Shown piece after piece: positions 18,028 through 28,637 of a stretch of 64,000 bases of DNA. Below the pieces are notes generated by a model. The model saw nothing but the letters and a program-made list of their open reading frames with translations. It did not search any database and was not told where the DNA came from. Each line of letters starts with the position of its first letter. The stretch's first letter is position 1. Origin of the DNA: a virus; the IMG/VR virus record IMGVR_UViG_3300031231_000003, positions 60,422 to 124,421 of that record; one strand, written 5' to 3'. Both the position numbers and the translations under genes were made by a program.

Positions 18028-20505
18028 ATGTCATTGTTCAAGCTTAAAAGGGGAGACTTTGATTCGTTCTCCATAAACACGAATCCTCTTCGTACATACT
18101 CATCGTCAAGTGCGGGTGTCACGGGAAGCCTGAACATATTTGCGAGACGATCATCGACTGAGAAGGACGTTCCTACGAGCAGCACGTTCGTGGATTCAAC
18201 ACACAGTGACAGCGGTATCGCGAGCTCGATTGATCACGTTCAAAAGGTCGGTAAGTTGTTCAGGAACAACTCCGCGACTCGGACAAGCGATCCAACATTG
18301 TTCAATCGAACGTTGCAATCGTTTCTGACCGACGTCAACAACACGTCAACGTCCGCGAGGAAGCAACAGAAACTCAGCATCTTTCGTACGGTTCCATCGT
18401 TCAACTTCACGGTCGATACATGCAGGAAGTTGCTGATCAAGAACACGCTGAATCCTTACTACCGTGACATGTTCCCGCATGCTAACTGGGCGTACACGAA
18501 CTACAATTGCTTGAATTTCTTCACCGCATCGACCGTTCCAACATCGAGCGTGTTGTTGTATCCGAACGTTGAAGCCCCGATCGAACATGCTGGGTTCGTC
18601 GGTGGAACGTACTCGTTGTCAGGTGCGTTCAGCTTCGATTTTTGCATCAACCCCCGGTACACGACATCGTCGCCCAACCAAGAATTCAAGGCGGGAACGT
18701 TGTTCCACCTTTCCTCGAGCTATGCGGTATCGTTGATCAGTGGTTCCGCTAAGGACGAGAATGGGCATCCTTCGTTCTTTAGGTTGCAATTACAACTCTC
18801 TCACAGTGCCGATATCGTTCCGTCGCTGGCTGTGCCCGGAACGTCATTTCCCAACAACCTCACATTCTTGTCAAACGACAATGTTCTGAAACGTAATAAC
18901 TGGCATCACGTAATCATACGTTGGGGAACCAACTTAACGAATCATGGTACCGGTTCGTTCAACATTGATAAGATCGATCAAGGAACATTCGTGATTCCCT
19001 CGGGAACGATTGAACTCAATGGAATTTGGCCAGCAGCCCTTTGCGTTGGTAACTTTTACGAAGGTGTTCCTGATATTGAAGCATTCTTCGCCAATGATCC
19101 CGCAACTCGTGACGGTCTTGAAGTGCTCGATGGTACGCCTGGCGTTGAAACGCCGTCTCGATTCTCGTTCAACCACCCGCTGAATGCGGAGGTTCACGAT
19201 CTGATGATCAAGCGGTACTACATGGGTGATAATGACATCGTCGCATCAGCCTCACGAGGTCCCACGGAGATCCCCGCCGACAAGTTCGCATTGTTCATTC
19301 CTCCGTTCTTCGTTGAGGATTCTCCTTTCAGGCAATTCGTCGGAACCCACGGCGGGGTTCCACAAACTCCGTTCTTTGAGCTTGATAGTTCGACGAATGA
19401 TCCATTCAACGTTGCGATGTCATTCGGTGTCGGAGGACATTACATCAACCTCGAAAACTTTGTTCGAGACTTTGCATCCGACGTGTTTCCTCGTTTGCAT
19501 CACTTGACGGGAGTCGCGATAACGACAACGACCGATGATTTCAGATCTGCGAACGAGTACCTGTACGCTCAACCATTCGTTGTGAAGAGAAATCTGACGA
19601 TCCTTCCTTGCGATGACGGCACGTTCGTTCCTAACTTCGACCTGTTGCAGGATGAATCACCGAATTCAAAGTTCACGAATGATTTGGGTTCTGAGGATCT
19701 CAGTCTCATCAACATGAGCGAGATGATGAACACGTCATCGTTGTTGTTCGGTACTGATTTTGGAACCGATGCAAAGTCTCTCGAGGAAGCGAACGCATTC
19801 GTTGACGAACTGATTGGATTCACGCCCGAACAACCGGGCCGCTCTGCCGGTAATGCATTCAGGAACTTCGTTCGCTTGATAGACGCATCTGTAGCTTCGG
19901 GAACGTTCGATCCAGGATTGCAAGCAGGCGCGCCACTGACGATCTACAATCGAACAAGGGACGCTTCGTCAAATCAGGTGACGATGTTCGACCTCAGCAA
20001 CCTTTTTTATGGTGACAAGATTGATTCTGAATCATTCACCATGAGCGATTCTGGTCTTTCCGGGTCCGGAGGGACAATTCGAATCACTTTGAAGGACGAT
20101 GGAAGGGGAAACCTATACCGTGCAGATGCTGAAACGTCACACCCGAAATGGAATAGTGTTGGAAGTATCTACCCCTACGAAGGTGTGATAGTCATTAAAA
20201 GCCCCCATCTCAATTTTTTTGGACAAGAACAGTACGACATGAGTTTTCGAGGAGAGAGAAACGTTCACGTGATGAAGATTGATTGCATTGCGCCGGCAGG
20301 ACAGTTGAACTCATCATCGAATCCGAATTTCACGTCCGTTCTACCGTCGGGTCATGCAAACGATCCTGATACTGAGTTCGTTTACGTGAATCAAATTTTG
20401 TTACACGATGACAATCTAAACGTAGTTGCAAAAGCGCAGCTTGTTCAACCAATGATGAAACGCCTTGGTGATAAATATCTTTTCCGAATAAAACTCGACT
20501 GGTAG
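18028..20505 (+). CDS. Baseplate/tail structural protein with LamG-like domain
   Basis: 825 aa; 'FSFDFCINP..GTLFH..NNWHHVIIRW'; C-terminus 'LKDDGRGNLY..SSSNPNF..LHDDNLNVVAKAQL..FRIKLDW' related to 4311..5575. Confidence 0.7.
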   Translation: MSLFKLKRGDFDSFSINTNPLRTYSSSSAGVTGSLNIFARRSSTEKDVPTSSTFVDSTHSDSGIASSIDHVQKVGKLFRNNSATRTSDPTLFNRTLQSFLTDVNNTSTSARKQQKLSIFRTVPSFNFTVDTCRKLLIKNTLNPYYRDMFPHANWAYTNYNCLNFFTASTVPTSSVLLYPNVEAPIEHAGFVGGTYSLSGAFSFDFCINPRYTTSSPNQEFKAGTLFHLSSSYAVSLISGSAKDENGHPSFFRLQLQLSHSADIVPSLAVPGTSFPNNLTFLSNDNVLKRNNWHHVIIRWGTNLTNHGTGSFNIDKIDQGTFVIPSGTIELNGIWPAALCVGNFYEGVPDIEAFFANDPATRDGLEVLDGTPGVETPSRFSFNHPLNAEVHDLMIKRYYMGDNDIVASASRGPTEIPADKFALFIPPFFVEDSPFRQFVGTHGGVPQTPFFELDSSTNDPFNVAMSFGVGGHYINLENFVRDFASDVFPRLHHLTGVAITTTTDDFRSANEYLYAQPFVVKRNLTILPCDDGTFVPNFDLLQDESPNSKFTNDLGSEDLSLINMSEMMNTSSLLFGTDFGTDAKSLEEANAFVDELIGFTPEQPGRSAGNAFRNFVRLIDASVASGTFDPGLQAGAPLTIYNRTRDASSNQVTMFDLSNLFYGDKIDSESFTMSDSGLSGSGGTIRITLKDDGRGNLYRADAETSHPKWNSVGSIYPYEGVIVIKSPHLNFFGQEQYDMSFRGERNVHVMKIDCIAPAGQLNSSSNPNFTSVLPSGHANDPDTEFVYVNQILLHDDNLNVVAKAQLVQPMMKRLGDKYLFRIKLDW

Positions 20506-20563
20506 AGGTTAAACCAGTTCAAATTTTGAACACGAATTTTAAACGTGTTATATTTATCGTGTT

Positions 20564-20845
20564 ATGAATCAGTACGTGGGGTTACAACAAGATCTGTATT
20601 TAGAGGAATCTAAAATGGAAAAAAATGCGTTGAAACGAAAACTTCGAACGATTTTTGAAACTTCATTTTTTAAAAATGATGATCCCGCCTGCAAAGAAAT
20701 GCTTGACATTGCTTTTGTAAACAATGATCAATTTAACATTACGAGGGAAATTGATTCATGGGTTTTGAACGCTGGTCGTGCACATTTATTGATTGCCAAT
20801 AAAGATCTCAATCAAGTTCGTAAACTTGTAGCTAAACTTCAGTAA
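20564..20845 (+). CDS. Hypothetical protein
   Basis: AT-rich ORF; GAGG before internal ATG 20615. Confidence 0.45.
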   Translation: MNQYVGLQQDLYLEESKMEKNALKRKLRTIFETSFFKNDDPACKEMLDIAFVNNDQFNITREIDSWVLNAGRAHLLIANKDLNQVRKLVAKLQ

Positions 20846-21102
20846 TGATCTACAGGCCAGGACAACAAGTAAAACTTGATCCAGCTTATTTTCAAGTATT
20901 AGTCAATTCGCCAATTGGTTCTAGTGATGTTGGGTTGATTATTTGTCAGCTAGATTCTCTAGATAGGAATGATAACGTTGAATACTTGGTTCTTTGGAAT
21001 GGAATCAATTATTGTAAATACACGAATGAAATTGTTCTTGTTGAAGAAACGATAGTTGAACGTGTTTTCAAGCGTTTATTGACGTTCATGAGTCATTCAT
21101 GA
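20845..21102 (+). CDS. Small SH3-like protein (PG-family variant)
   Basis: 'YRPGQQVKL..VGLII..YLVLW..IVERVFKRLL'. Confidence 0.55.
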   Translation: MIYRPGQQVKLDPAYFQVLVNSPIGSSDVGLIICQLDSLDRNDNVEYLVLWNGINYCKYTNEIVLVEETIVERVFKRLLTFMSHS

Positions 21103-21323
21103 TTCGTCGTTCATCTCCCTGGTACTCGTTCTTCAAAGCTTTCAAGATTGATGATCACGATGGATTCGCTGAAACACTTGGTTTCGCCGATCTTCAGGAT
21201 CTTGAACGATACGAGCCGATCGATGTCTTCAATTCAATGACTGGCGAGTTCATTCAGGTCATGATGGCGATCGATCCAAACATGTCAATCAATGACGTCG
21301 TGCAGACAATGAAAGAATGTTGA
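21099..21323 (+). CDS. Hypothetical protein
   Basis: 74 aa, ATGA overlap. Confidence 0.45.
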   Translation: MIRRSSPWYSFFKAFKIDDHDGFAETLGFADLQDLERYEPIDVFNSMTGEFIQVMMAIDPNMSINDVVQTMKEC

Positions 21324-21366
21324 CCCCGAGACGTGCACTTTGATGCCACGTCTCCTACGTATCAAC

Positions 21367-21768
21367 GTGGCAACCACCAAAAAACGACGACGGAAATCTC
21401 GTAGAGCGAAACGTGGCGTCTACGTTTCACTGAAAACGGGACAAGTTTGCAATTATAGATCGGGGTGGGAATTACTTGTAATGAAACATCTTGACGAAAA
21501 TCCACTTGTTGAGAAGTTCATATATGAACCTTTTGCAATTCCTTATGTTTCGAATTCAAGGACGGGCAAAGTTCGAAGATATTATCCAGATCTTGCAATT
21601 GAGTATATAGATGGATCTCGTTGTCTAGTTGAAATCAAACCAAGCTCGAAGATCAAAAAACCCACAGTTATTAAAAAAACGAATGCGGCGATTGCTTGGT
21701 GTTTAAACAACGGCATGATCTTCTCTTTTATAACTGAAAAGGATCTAAAGAGTTTAGGATTGTTGTGA
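21367..21768 (+). CDS. Head completion nuclease (T4 gp4-like, TnsA-type PD-(D/E)xK)
   Basis: 'YRSGWE...LDENP.V....YEP..IPY.....RRYYPD......LVEIKP...K..AA..WC...F.FITEKDL'; GTG 21367 follows TACGTA. Confidence 0.8.
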   Translation: MATTKKRRRKSRRAKRGVYVSLKTGQVCNYRSGWELLVMKHLDENPLVEKFIYEPFAIPYVSNSRTGKVRRYYPDLAIEYIDGSRCLVEIKPSSKIKKPTVIKKTNAAIAWCLNNGMIFSFITEKDLKSLGLL

Positions 21769-22594
21769 ATTACCAAAAGATTATTGATCAAATCGTTGAT
21801 CGAGGAAAATTACGTGGTTTACCTCGAGTAAGACCAAAAGGTTTTGAACGTCATCATATTCTTCCATGTAGTTTTGGTGGCACGAATAAAAAATCGAATC
21901 TCGTTGATTTAACGCCTCGTGAACATTTTATTGTTCATCATCTTCTTGCAAGAATTCATGGTGGAAAAATGTCACAAGCATGGTGGATGATGTGTCATCA
22001 AAATAGTAAAACGGGATTCAAACCAAATTCAAGACAATATGAAACAGCAAAAAGATTATTTTCCAAAATCATCACGGGAAATAGTTTTGCTTGTGGAAAA
22101 CGTTCTAAAGAACAATGTGAAAATATTAAAAGATCCGTTCAGAATTTTTATGATAATCTAACTGATAGTGAACGTGAAGAACGTTCTCGTATTCAAAGTA
22201 CATTTTTTAGCGAATTACATAAAGGAGTTCCTAAATCAGAAAATCACCGTGAAATTATTAGTAAATGCATGATAGAAGTACATGCAAATTCATCAATCGA
22301 GAAAAAACAATCTAGAGCAAAAAAGATTAGCATAGCGTCTAAGGGTCATCCGGGGGCGCCAACTCCCCGTGGGCTAACAAAAGATTTTATCAAACACATA
22401 AAAGTGCATGTATTGGAAGAAAACACACTCCCGAAGAACGCCAAAAATTATCTAAAGCGAATTTAGGTAATAAAAATGCGCGTGGAAAACGTACAGAAAA
22501 ACAAATTCAAAATATGAGGCGAGGTCATGCATTGAAGCGACAAAAAGAAGGAAAACCTCATCCCGGTGATGAAATTTTGTTGTCACAAACATAA
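21765..22594 (+). CDS. HNH/NUMOD3 homing endonuclease with a frameshift near G5 at 22352-22356
   Basis: '[27 protein letters not shown]'; shifted frame gives '[29 protein letters not shown]' ending at 22594. Confidence 0.75.
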
Positions 22595-22611
22595 CTGTGT
22601 ACAATTCGTAC

Positions 22612-22866
22612 ATGCCGTACATCAAGCAATGGGACCGTGCAGTACTGAATTCATCGACTCGAGAACCACAGACCGTTGGTGAGCTCAATTACATGATCAC
22701 GAAGCTGGTGGATGAGTTCATTACACGAAACGGGAAGAATTACGCTACCATGAACGAAGCGATGGGAGCATTGGAATGCGCGAAGCTCGAGCTTTACAGG
22801 CGAATAGTGTCACCGTACGAGGATGCGAAGATCATCGAAAACGGTGACGTCTACAAGAACGTTTAA
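22612..22866 (+). CDS. Conserved phage hypothetical protein
   Basis: 'MPYIK..R.....GELNY.IT.L.......Y...N...[26 protein letters not shown]'. Confidence 0.7.
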   Translation: MPYIKQWDRAVLNSSTREPQTVGELNYMITKLVDEFITRNGKNYATMNEAMGALECAKLELYRRIVSPYEDAKIIENGDVYKNV

Positions 22867-22868
22867 TC

Positions 22869-24176
22869 ATGCTGATCAAAAATTTTGTGAACGGATTCGT
22901 CTCCCTGAAAGACGAGAATTTATCGATCATCATTGACCCGTGGATCACTGACGGAATTTACGAGAATTCATGGTTCATTCATCCACCTTTGAAGAAGTTC
23001 GATGAGCTTTATGAAGCTGATTTCGTATTAATCACTCATATTCATGCTGATCATTTTGATGCGAACGCTCTTAAGTTAACAAACTCGAATGCTAAAATTC
23101 TAATTCCTGACATTTATCCAAATAGGAATGTTTGTAAGCGAAGATTACCTCAGGAACTTCAGCATCGCATAATGTTCATTCAACCGAAAATTAAGTTTCA
23201 ACTTAACGAACGTTGTGAAATTGAATTCATACCGCCTATGAATACGTTTGGTCATAAAACGGATGAGAATAATTCGAATGATAACGTTCCGGCAATTGAT
23301 ACGGGAATTGTTGTCACAATGGATGGAAAACAATTCGTTTTTTTGGCCGATAATTTTCCCTTTGAATCGAACTCATTGAGCGAGCAAGTCAATGGTTGTG
23401 AATTGTTCGCGTTTCCATACAATACTTTCGCAGATGATTACCCGCTTTGTTACGATGATCTATCAATCGATGAAAAGAGGCAAAAATCTCTCAATAGGAA
23501 CGAACACAAGTTCAAATTGATGATTGATGTCATTCGTAGGATGAATCCGAAGAATTTACTTCCGTATTCATCAGATTTTTTATTGGGGGGACCGCGTTCG
23601 AATGAATTTCTTAGTGTTCATCCAGAACAATTTTTGCGTAAAGAATTCATTGCATCAACGTACGAACGAACGACGAAGATCCCAACACATTTCATTATGG
23701 GAAATGATGAATTATTGATTCAAGATGGGATCGGTAAGGTCACGAAATTTGAAAATGATCATGATTTGAAAACACGAGCGAATGAATTGTATAGACAAAA
23801 ATCGAACATTCATGATTCATACAAAAAGGTTGACATGAACGAGTTCATTGCGAACTTTCGAATCGCATCTGTGAATGCTCGTAAAAAGCTAATAGAAATG
23901 AATCTAAGTTCATCTTGGACGTTTCAACTTGTTCCTCAAGATCATGATACATTGTTGAGTTACGACATAAAGAATGATCAAGTGATCGTCGAAAACATCA
24001 AATCAATGCAACAAAATGAATTGCGATGCATTGCCCCAATCGAGTATTTGAATGCTTTGTTGACGTTCAAATCCCATTGGGACAATGCGATCATTTCGTG
24101 CAATCTTTCCTGGAACCGTTCACCAGATGATTACGATGTCGGAATCTACAAGATGCTAAACTTCTTTCATATTTAA
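22869..24176 (+). CDS. Metallo-beta-lactamase-fold hydrolase (UlaG / CMP-Neu5Ac-hydroxylase-like)
   Basis: 'IIIDPWI.DG....W', 'LITHIHADHFD', 'D..IVV....FVFLAD'. Confidence 0.75.
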   Translation: MLIKNFVNGFVSLKDENLSIIIDPWITDGIYENSWFIHPPLKKFDELYEADFVLITHIHADHFDANALKLTNSNAKILIPDIYPNRNVCKRRLPQELQHRIMFIQPKIKFQLNERCEIEFIPPMNTFGHKTDENNSNDNVPAIDTGIVVTMDGKQFVFLADNFPFESNSLSEQVNGCELFAFPYNTFADDYPLCYDDLSIDEKRQKSLNRNEHKFKLMIDVIRRMNPKNLLPYSSDFLLGGPRSNEFLSVHPEQFLRKEFIASTYERTTKIPTHFIMGNDELLIQDGIGKVTKFENDHDLKTRANELYRQKSNIHDSYKKVDMNEFIANFRIASVNARKKLIEMNLSSSWTFQLVPQDHDTLLSYDIKNDQVIVENIKSMQQNELRCIAPIEYLNALLTFKSHWDNAIISCNLSWNRSPDDYDVGIYKMLNFFHI

Positions 24177-25099
24177 TCGTTGTTCCATAGATCATGAAGT
24201 GATTCACGGACGAGAGTTCTTTCTTGAGTTGTTAGATCATGATTGAACACGAGAATTCTTGCTACTTGTGCATTGTTTTGTCCCGTATGGGGTCCGGGTA
24301 CCGGGTTCGCACAGATCGACAATCCTCCGATATTTCGTGGACTGATATCATCCATGTTCCATGAAAATTGTTCATCAAAGTACGCGGTGAGCGTTCCTGA
24401 ACCATTCGAGCTGATCTCAATCATGTGCTTGTTCAAGTCAATATGGGCAATGATAGAACTGCTCGAAATCATGTGTGATTCATTGTTGATCGCAAGAACG
24501 AAATCGGATTCATCGTTGTACAGGTACATTTGATAGAATGCCGTAGTGGTGTTCAAGTTAAAATCAAAGATTCCCGCTTCGCTCGAAGGTGTATCATTCA
24601 ATTTCAACACGACGAACATTGACCATTCCTTGAAACTGCCCGATGGATTCGAAAGCGTTTCGAATAAGCTGGGAAATTCAAAGTTGTCAAGCCATTGTTC
24701 AGCTTCATTCGCGTCTTTTGGTCCTTCGAATTTAATACTTTTGACAGAATTTCCTCCGAACGTTGTTTCAAGTGTTGGTTCGTGACCGCTACCCGTAAAG
24801 TACGTTTCTTCACCGGCCGAATTTCCGATGAACAAGACATCCGAACTCGATAATGATAGTGAACTCGTATTTTCAGGATTGAAATCCCAGATGCAACCCG
24901 ATACGTCGGTAGGAATTTCCTCCAACGGGAAGAACAAAATATTTCCTTCCTCGCCGTTAAAACATGTACGTAAAAGTTTGACTTCGCTTGATCCGTAAGT
25001 TGTGATCATGTCGTTCAAAGTTCCTTCGAACTCGACCGATCCCGATAGATTAAGTGAACCGCTAAGCTCGCCGCTAAAAATGTTGAGATTAAAATTCAT
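24173..25099 (-). CDS. LamG/concanavalin-like domain protein (likely virion)
   Basis: Likely start ATG 25099; 'WSMFVVLK','VARILVFNHDLT.QER..V...L...W'; SGS motifs. Confidence 0.6.
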   Translation of the reverse strand: MNFNLNIFSGELSGSLNLSGSVEFEGTLNDMITTYGSSEVKLLRTCFNGEEGNILFFPLEEIPTDVSGCIWDFNPENTSSLSLSSSDVLFIGNSAGEETYFTGSGHEPTLETTFGGNSVKSIKFEGPKDANEAEQWLDNFEFPSLFETLSNPSGSFKEWSMFVVLKLNDTPSSEAGIFDFNLNTTTAFYQMYLYNDESDFVLAINNESHMISSSSIIAHIDLNKHMIEISSNGSGTLTAYFDEQFSWNMDDISPRNIGGLSICANPVPGPHTGQNNAQVARILVFNHDLTTQERTLVRESLHDLWNND

Positions 25100-25233
25100 A
25101 GTTTCCACCCGTAATTGAGAATCAAATTGGGATTCCCCCTTTGTTATCATATACTTATGGGTTTCATGATGAAGTTTTACCAACTTCAAAAGAGTTCGTT
25201 TAACTTTCTTCGTAAAAACTTTACAATGAACTT

Positions 25234-25770
25234 GTGGTAGTAATTGGTCTTGACATTTCAACTTCATGCACAGGCTTTTGTGCATATGAATCTCTCACAA
25301 AAACAATCCTGAAACTTGACCACATCGATTTCAAAGATTGCAAAACAATATGGTCGAAGGCCGACAAAGTTCGCGATTACTTCAAGACAATCGAATACGA
25401 CGTTGGATTCCTCGCAATCGAAGAGATTGCAATGATGTACGGGATGGGGGCTTCATCCGCAGGAACGATCACAACACTAGCTCGATTCAACGGGCTCGTA
25501 TCGTACCTTGCTCGTGATCGTTTTGGAATCGAGCCCGTTCACATGACTCCCGCTCAAGCGAGAAAAGCGTGTGGATTGAAGATGCTTCAGAAACAGAAAC
25601 ACCCGCAAAAGCTCCCCCACAAGGAACAATGCTTCGTCACGATGTGTGCGACGGATCTTAAACACGTTGTTTGGCCAACGAAGAAGAACGGTCAGATCGT
25701 TGATTGGGCAAGGGACGAATGTGACAGTTTCATCATTGCAAAGGGAGCCGCGAATTTATTTGTAAAATGA
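25234..25770 (+). CDS. ruvC: RuvC-like Holliday junction resolvase
   Basis: 'IGLDIS.SCTG', 'LAIEE', 'LARFNG', 'DECDSFIIA'. Confidence 0.8.
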   Translation: MVVIGLDISTSCTGFCAYESLTKTILKLDHIDFKDCKTIWSKADKVRDYFKTIEYDVGFLAIEEIAMMYGMGASSAGTITTLARFNGLVSYLARDRFGIEPVHMTPAQARKACGLKMLQKQKHPQKLPHKEQCFVTMCATDLKHVVWPTKKNGQIVDWARDECDSFIIAKGAANLFVK

Positions 25771-25808
25771 ACGTGTTTTCTTTTCGTGAGCTGTATTAAA
25801 TTTCAATA

Positions 25809-26132
25809 GTGATACATCAAGAATCACAGAAAAGAAATCAAATGCCCCGGAAGAAGTTTACACCACACGATCACGTTGCTGATGCAAAGTTTGCCGCCGA
25901 CACGCTCAAGGCCATTTCTACGATTTTGGATGAAAATGGGAAACTAAAGCTGAGCGCGCCGATCAGACTTGTTGTTAAGATTTTGAATCACGCTGTGAAA
26001 TGTGAAAACGCTAAGATCGAAGTACGTCAACGATTGAATTCGAAACGGTTCGATAGTTTTATCAAGAATCGTGATGATCTGAAAGCTCTTCTAGAACTTG
26101 CTCGTCAAATTGAACGAAACAAGATCAAGTGA
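25809..26132 (+). CDS. Hypothetical basic protein
   Basis: 107-aa ORF. Confidence 0.45.
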   Translation: MIHQESQKRNQMPRKKFTPHDHVADAKFAADTLKAISTILDENGKLKLSAPIRLVVKILNHAVKCENAKIEVRQRLNSKRFDSFIKNRDDLKALLELARQIERNKIK

Positions 26133-26164
26133 ACGTCGATCTCAAGAAGACGTATAATTGATAC

Positions 26165-27037
26165 GTGAGTGTCATCTACGTCATTAAGACGTGTAACAAG
26201 AACGTTCAACGTCAAGAAGCTTGTTCGAAGACATGGTTGATGAATGTCGATCCTTCGAACGTTTTCTGGAATGGTGACACCAACGAACATGATATTGAAC
26301 GTGGTTACGTTGGTGTTGCCGAAAAATTCGAACGATTCATGATCAATCACTCGTTCAACGAGTTGAATTGGTACATGTTCGTTGATGATGACACGTATGT
26401 GAACGTGGATTCGCTCCAATCCTGGACTTCCACTCTCGACATCAAGAAATTACTTTGTTTTGGATACCTCTTATCTCCATGTCCTCAACCAACTTCGTTG
26501 GGAAGAGCGTGGACAAACAAGCATAAGGTTCTTCAAGGTGGTGCCGGGATCTTGATGTCGGGTCGATTATGTTTGTATCTACAGAAGACGATCAAGACGA
26601 CTGATTCAAGAGTTGCGAAATCAGTTCAAGACGATGAGTTGATCATGAAAACACCATGTGAGGGAAAACCTCCGTGTTCGTGTTTGTTTTGTGCTGATGA
26701 TCAATGGATCCTTCAATTCGTTCGTGAAGCTGAAGAAAAGATCAAAACAAAAATTGTTCATGATACACCAGTTTCTGCGATAGTTCCCTCAATGAACAAA
26801 GGGGGAAAGTTAGTAAATAAAAAATTAGGTTCTCTTTTTCCCAATTGGGAACCGAATCGAGCGAATTCATTCTATCGTGAGAACAAGAAACTCTACGTTG
26901 ACGTTTTTTTGAAAGGAAGCGTATTTACGATGTCAAACCTTTCGCCCGCTGGAATGAAGGGGCTTGACATGGTGATGAAGAAAGAGTTGAAGAATTCAGA
27001 GAAAACATATGAGTTCCTTGTGAAATATTCGAAATAA
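26165..27037 (+). CDS. Fringe-like glycosyltransferase (GT31-like)
   Basis: 'VIKTC..R.....TW', 'WYMFVDDDTYVN', 'GGAGILMS', 'ADD'. Confidence 0.75.
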   Translation: MSVIYVIKTCNKNVQRQEACSKTWLMNVDPSNVFWNGDTNEHDIERGYVGVAEKFERFMINHSFNELNWYMFVDDDTYVNVDSLQSWTSTLDIKKLLCFGYLLSPCPQPTSLGRAWTNKHKVLQGGAGILMSGRLCLYLQKTIKTTDSRVAKSVQDDELIMKTPCEGKPPCSCLFCADDQWILQFVREAEEKIKTKIVHDTPVSAIVPSMNKGGKLVNKKLGSLFPNWEPNRANSFYRENKKLYVDVFLKGSVFTMSNLSPAGMKGLDMVMKKELKNSEKTYEFLVKYSK

Positions 27038-27945
27038 TGCCGTATTGTCCTCAAACATATAATTTGCCGTCTTATTGTCCCCTTTGTGGAACATTTTTAG
27101 ATGGCAAAAATCAATCAGTTGATCATATTATTGCCATAAACAATTTTAAACAAAAACAAAAAGATATTTTGAACGTAACCTGGTTAAAGGTTGATCTTTG
27201 TAACCCCTGTCATACTAAAAAAACTGATATTGACAATGTTCAAATGTGTTTAAACACGTTCGGTGATTTTAGTTCAAATCATGATGAACTTCTTGTTAAA
27301 AGAATTGCAGCGCTCAAACAATCGCTGAGAGGAAGAATTTCATTATTCAGTAGAAGAAGATATTCTAGACCGGGGCGTTGGTACAAGCGTTGTACACGTA
27401 TAACGACGGTAAAGCAATCACGATTGTTCAAACTAGCGTTGAATTTCATTAAATCTGGAAATACACAACCTCAAATTCTGAATAATGGAATTCTTGCAAA
27501 TTGCATAGACGTGTCAAATCTACGACCTGATTTAGACGAACTAAGGGTCATGATTGCAAAAGAGCTGGTATTTTACAATACGGGACTATTTTTCCCGCAA
27601 TTTTGTGTTAGCGAATGTTATGGGCATGACGATATTTTTGATATTTTTGATTGTTTAGAAACAACTTATGTGCCAGTTTCACAACCTTTGTGGTTCAATG
27701 ATACAGGAGCATACAAAAATTTGGTAAAGTATGATATTAAATTTTTAGACGATGAAACATTGGTTCGTTTTAGAATGTTTGAAACGAAATTTTCGTCAGC
27801 AACGAATCCTCAACACATACTGAACTGGATTTATGTCAAACTTCCCGCCGTTATTCCTCTATGGACAAGAAAATCTACGGTAAAATCCCCACCCAACAAT
27901 CAATTACTACGGATTTTTTTCTTACCTCGAGGAATTCGTTTCTAA
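27037..27945 (+). CDS. HNH (Zn-binding) domain protein
   Basis: 'CPLCG...SVDHIIA...LCNPCHTKK'; AT-rich. Confidence 0.6.
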   Translation: MPYCPQTYNLPSYCPLCGTFLDGKNQSVDHIIAINNFKQKQKDILNVTWLKVDLCNPCHTKKTDIDNVQMCLNTFGDFSSNHDELLVKRIAALKQSLRGRISLFSRRRYSRPGRWYKRCTRITTVKQSRLFKLALNFIKSGNTQPQILNNGILANCIDVSNLRPDLDELRVMIAKELVFYNTGLFFPQFCVSECYGHDDIFDIFDCLETTYVPVSQPLWFNDTGAYKNLVKYDIKFLDDETLVRFRMFETKFSSATNPQHILNWIYVKLPAVIPLWTRKSTVKSPPNNQLLRIFFLPRGIRF

Positions 27946-28266
27946 ATGCTTTCTCGCTCTAATTCGCTTCTTCGACTCAAAGCTCTCACTGATCACAAAT
28001 GGTTGACGAAGGTTCCATTCGAACACGTTCGTTTCTTTCTGTTCGAGTGTGAAACATTGTACGTGGGCAAGAACCACATTACGACGTTCAAAGGTAACCT
28101 GAAGCACTCGTTCACGTTCAATGGAAACTCGATTCCTACGATCTCGTATCGAACGAGATTTCGTAATCCACATTTGGATCAAAGTAAACGAAAGTACGAA
28201 TGGTGGCATTTAAGTAATTTCATTCGATGCGCAGATGATCTAAGTGATCCGTTCGCTGGAAAATAA
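27946..28266 (+). CDS. Hypothetical protein
   Basis: 106 aa, abuts upstream stop. Confidence 0.45.
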   Translation: MLSRSNSLLRLKALTDHKWLTKVPFEHVRFFLFECETLYVGKNHITTFKGNLKHSFTFNGNSIPTISYRTRFRNPHLDQSKRKYEWWHLSNFIRCADDLSDPFAGK

Positions 28267-28298
28267 ATGGGTGTCTTTACGTTGATTGATGTGATACA

Positions 28299-28505
28299 TT
28301 GGATTTTATCATGAACAAAGATCTGAACTCAGAGGGATTTAGAGTTGCAAAGAGAAAACTTTCTCAATCTCAAGTTGAAGAACTATTGACGATTCTTCAA
28401 GAATATCCGCATTTTGCGAAGGATGTTTTGGTTAAAATGCCCGGGGGACGGATGGTATCTTTCGAAGATCATTTTCGAGAAACAAGAAAAAAATATTTTC
28501 ATTGA
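28299..28505 (+). CDS. Hypothetical protein
   Basis: 68-aa ORF. Confidence 0.4.
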   Translation: MDFIMNKDLNSEGFRVAKRKLSQSQVEELLTILQEYPHFAKDVLVKMPGGRMVSFEDHFRETRKKYFH

Positions 28506-28637
28506 TCAGATCAAATTGTCAAGATCAATTCATAATCCAAAAATGTTCGGACTTGAATTTGGTGAGAATAATGGGATCATGATTGATCCCGAATACATTA
28601 ACATGGATAAATTGAACGATTTCTTGTTGAGCATTCA

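Noticed and set aside
25100-25285. N-terminal extension of ORF 24173..25285
   Set aside because: Overlaps divergent ruvC; ATG 25099 with an upstream GGTGGA is the more plausible start.
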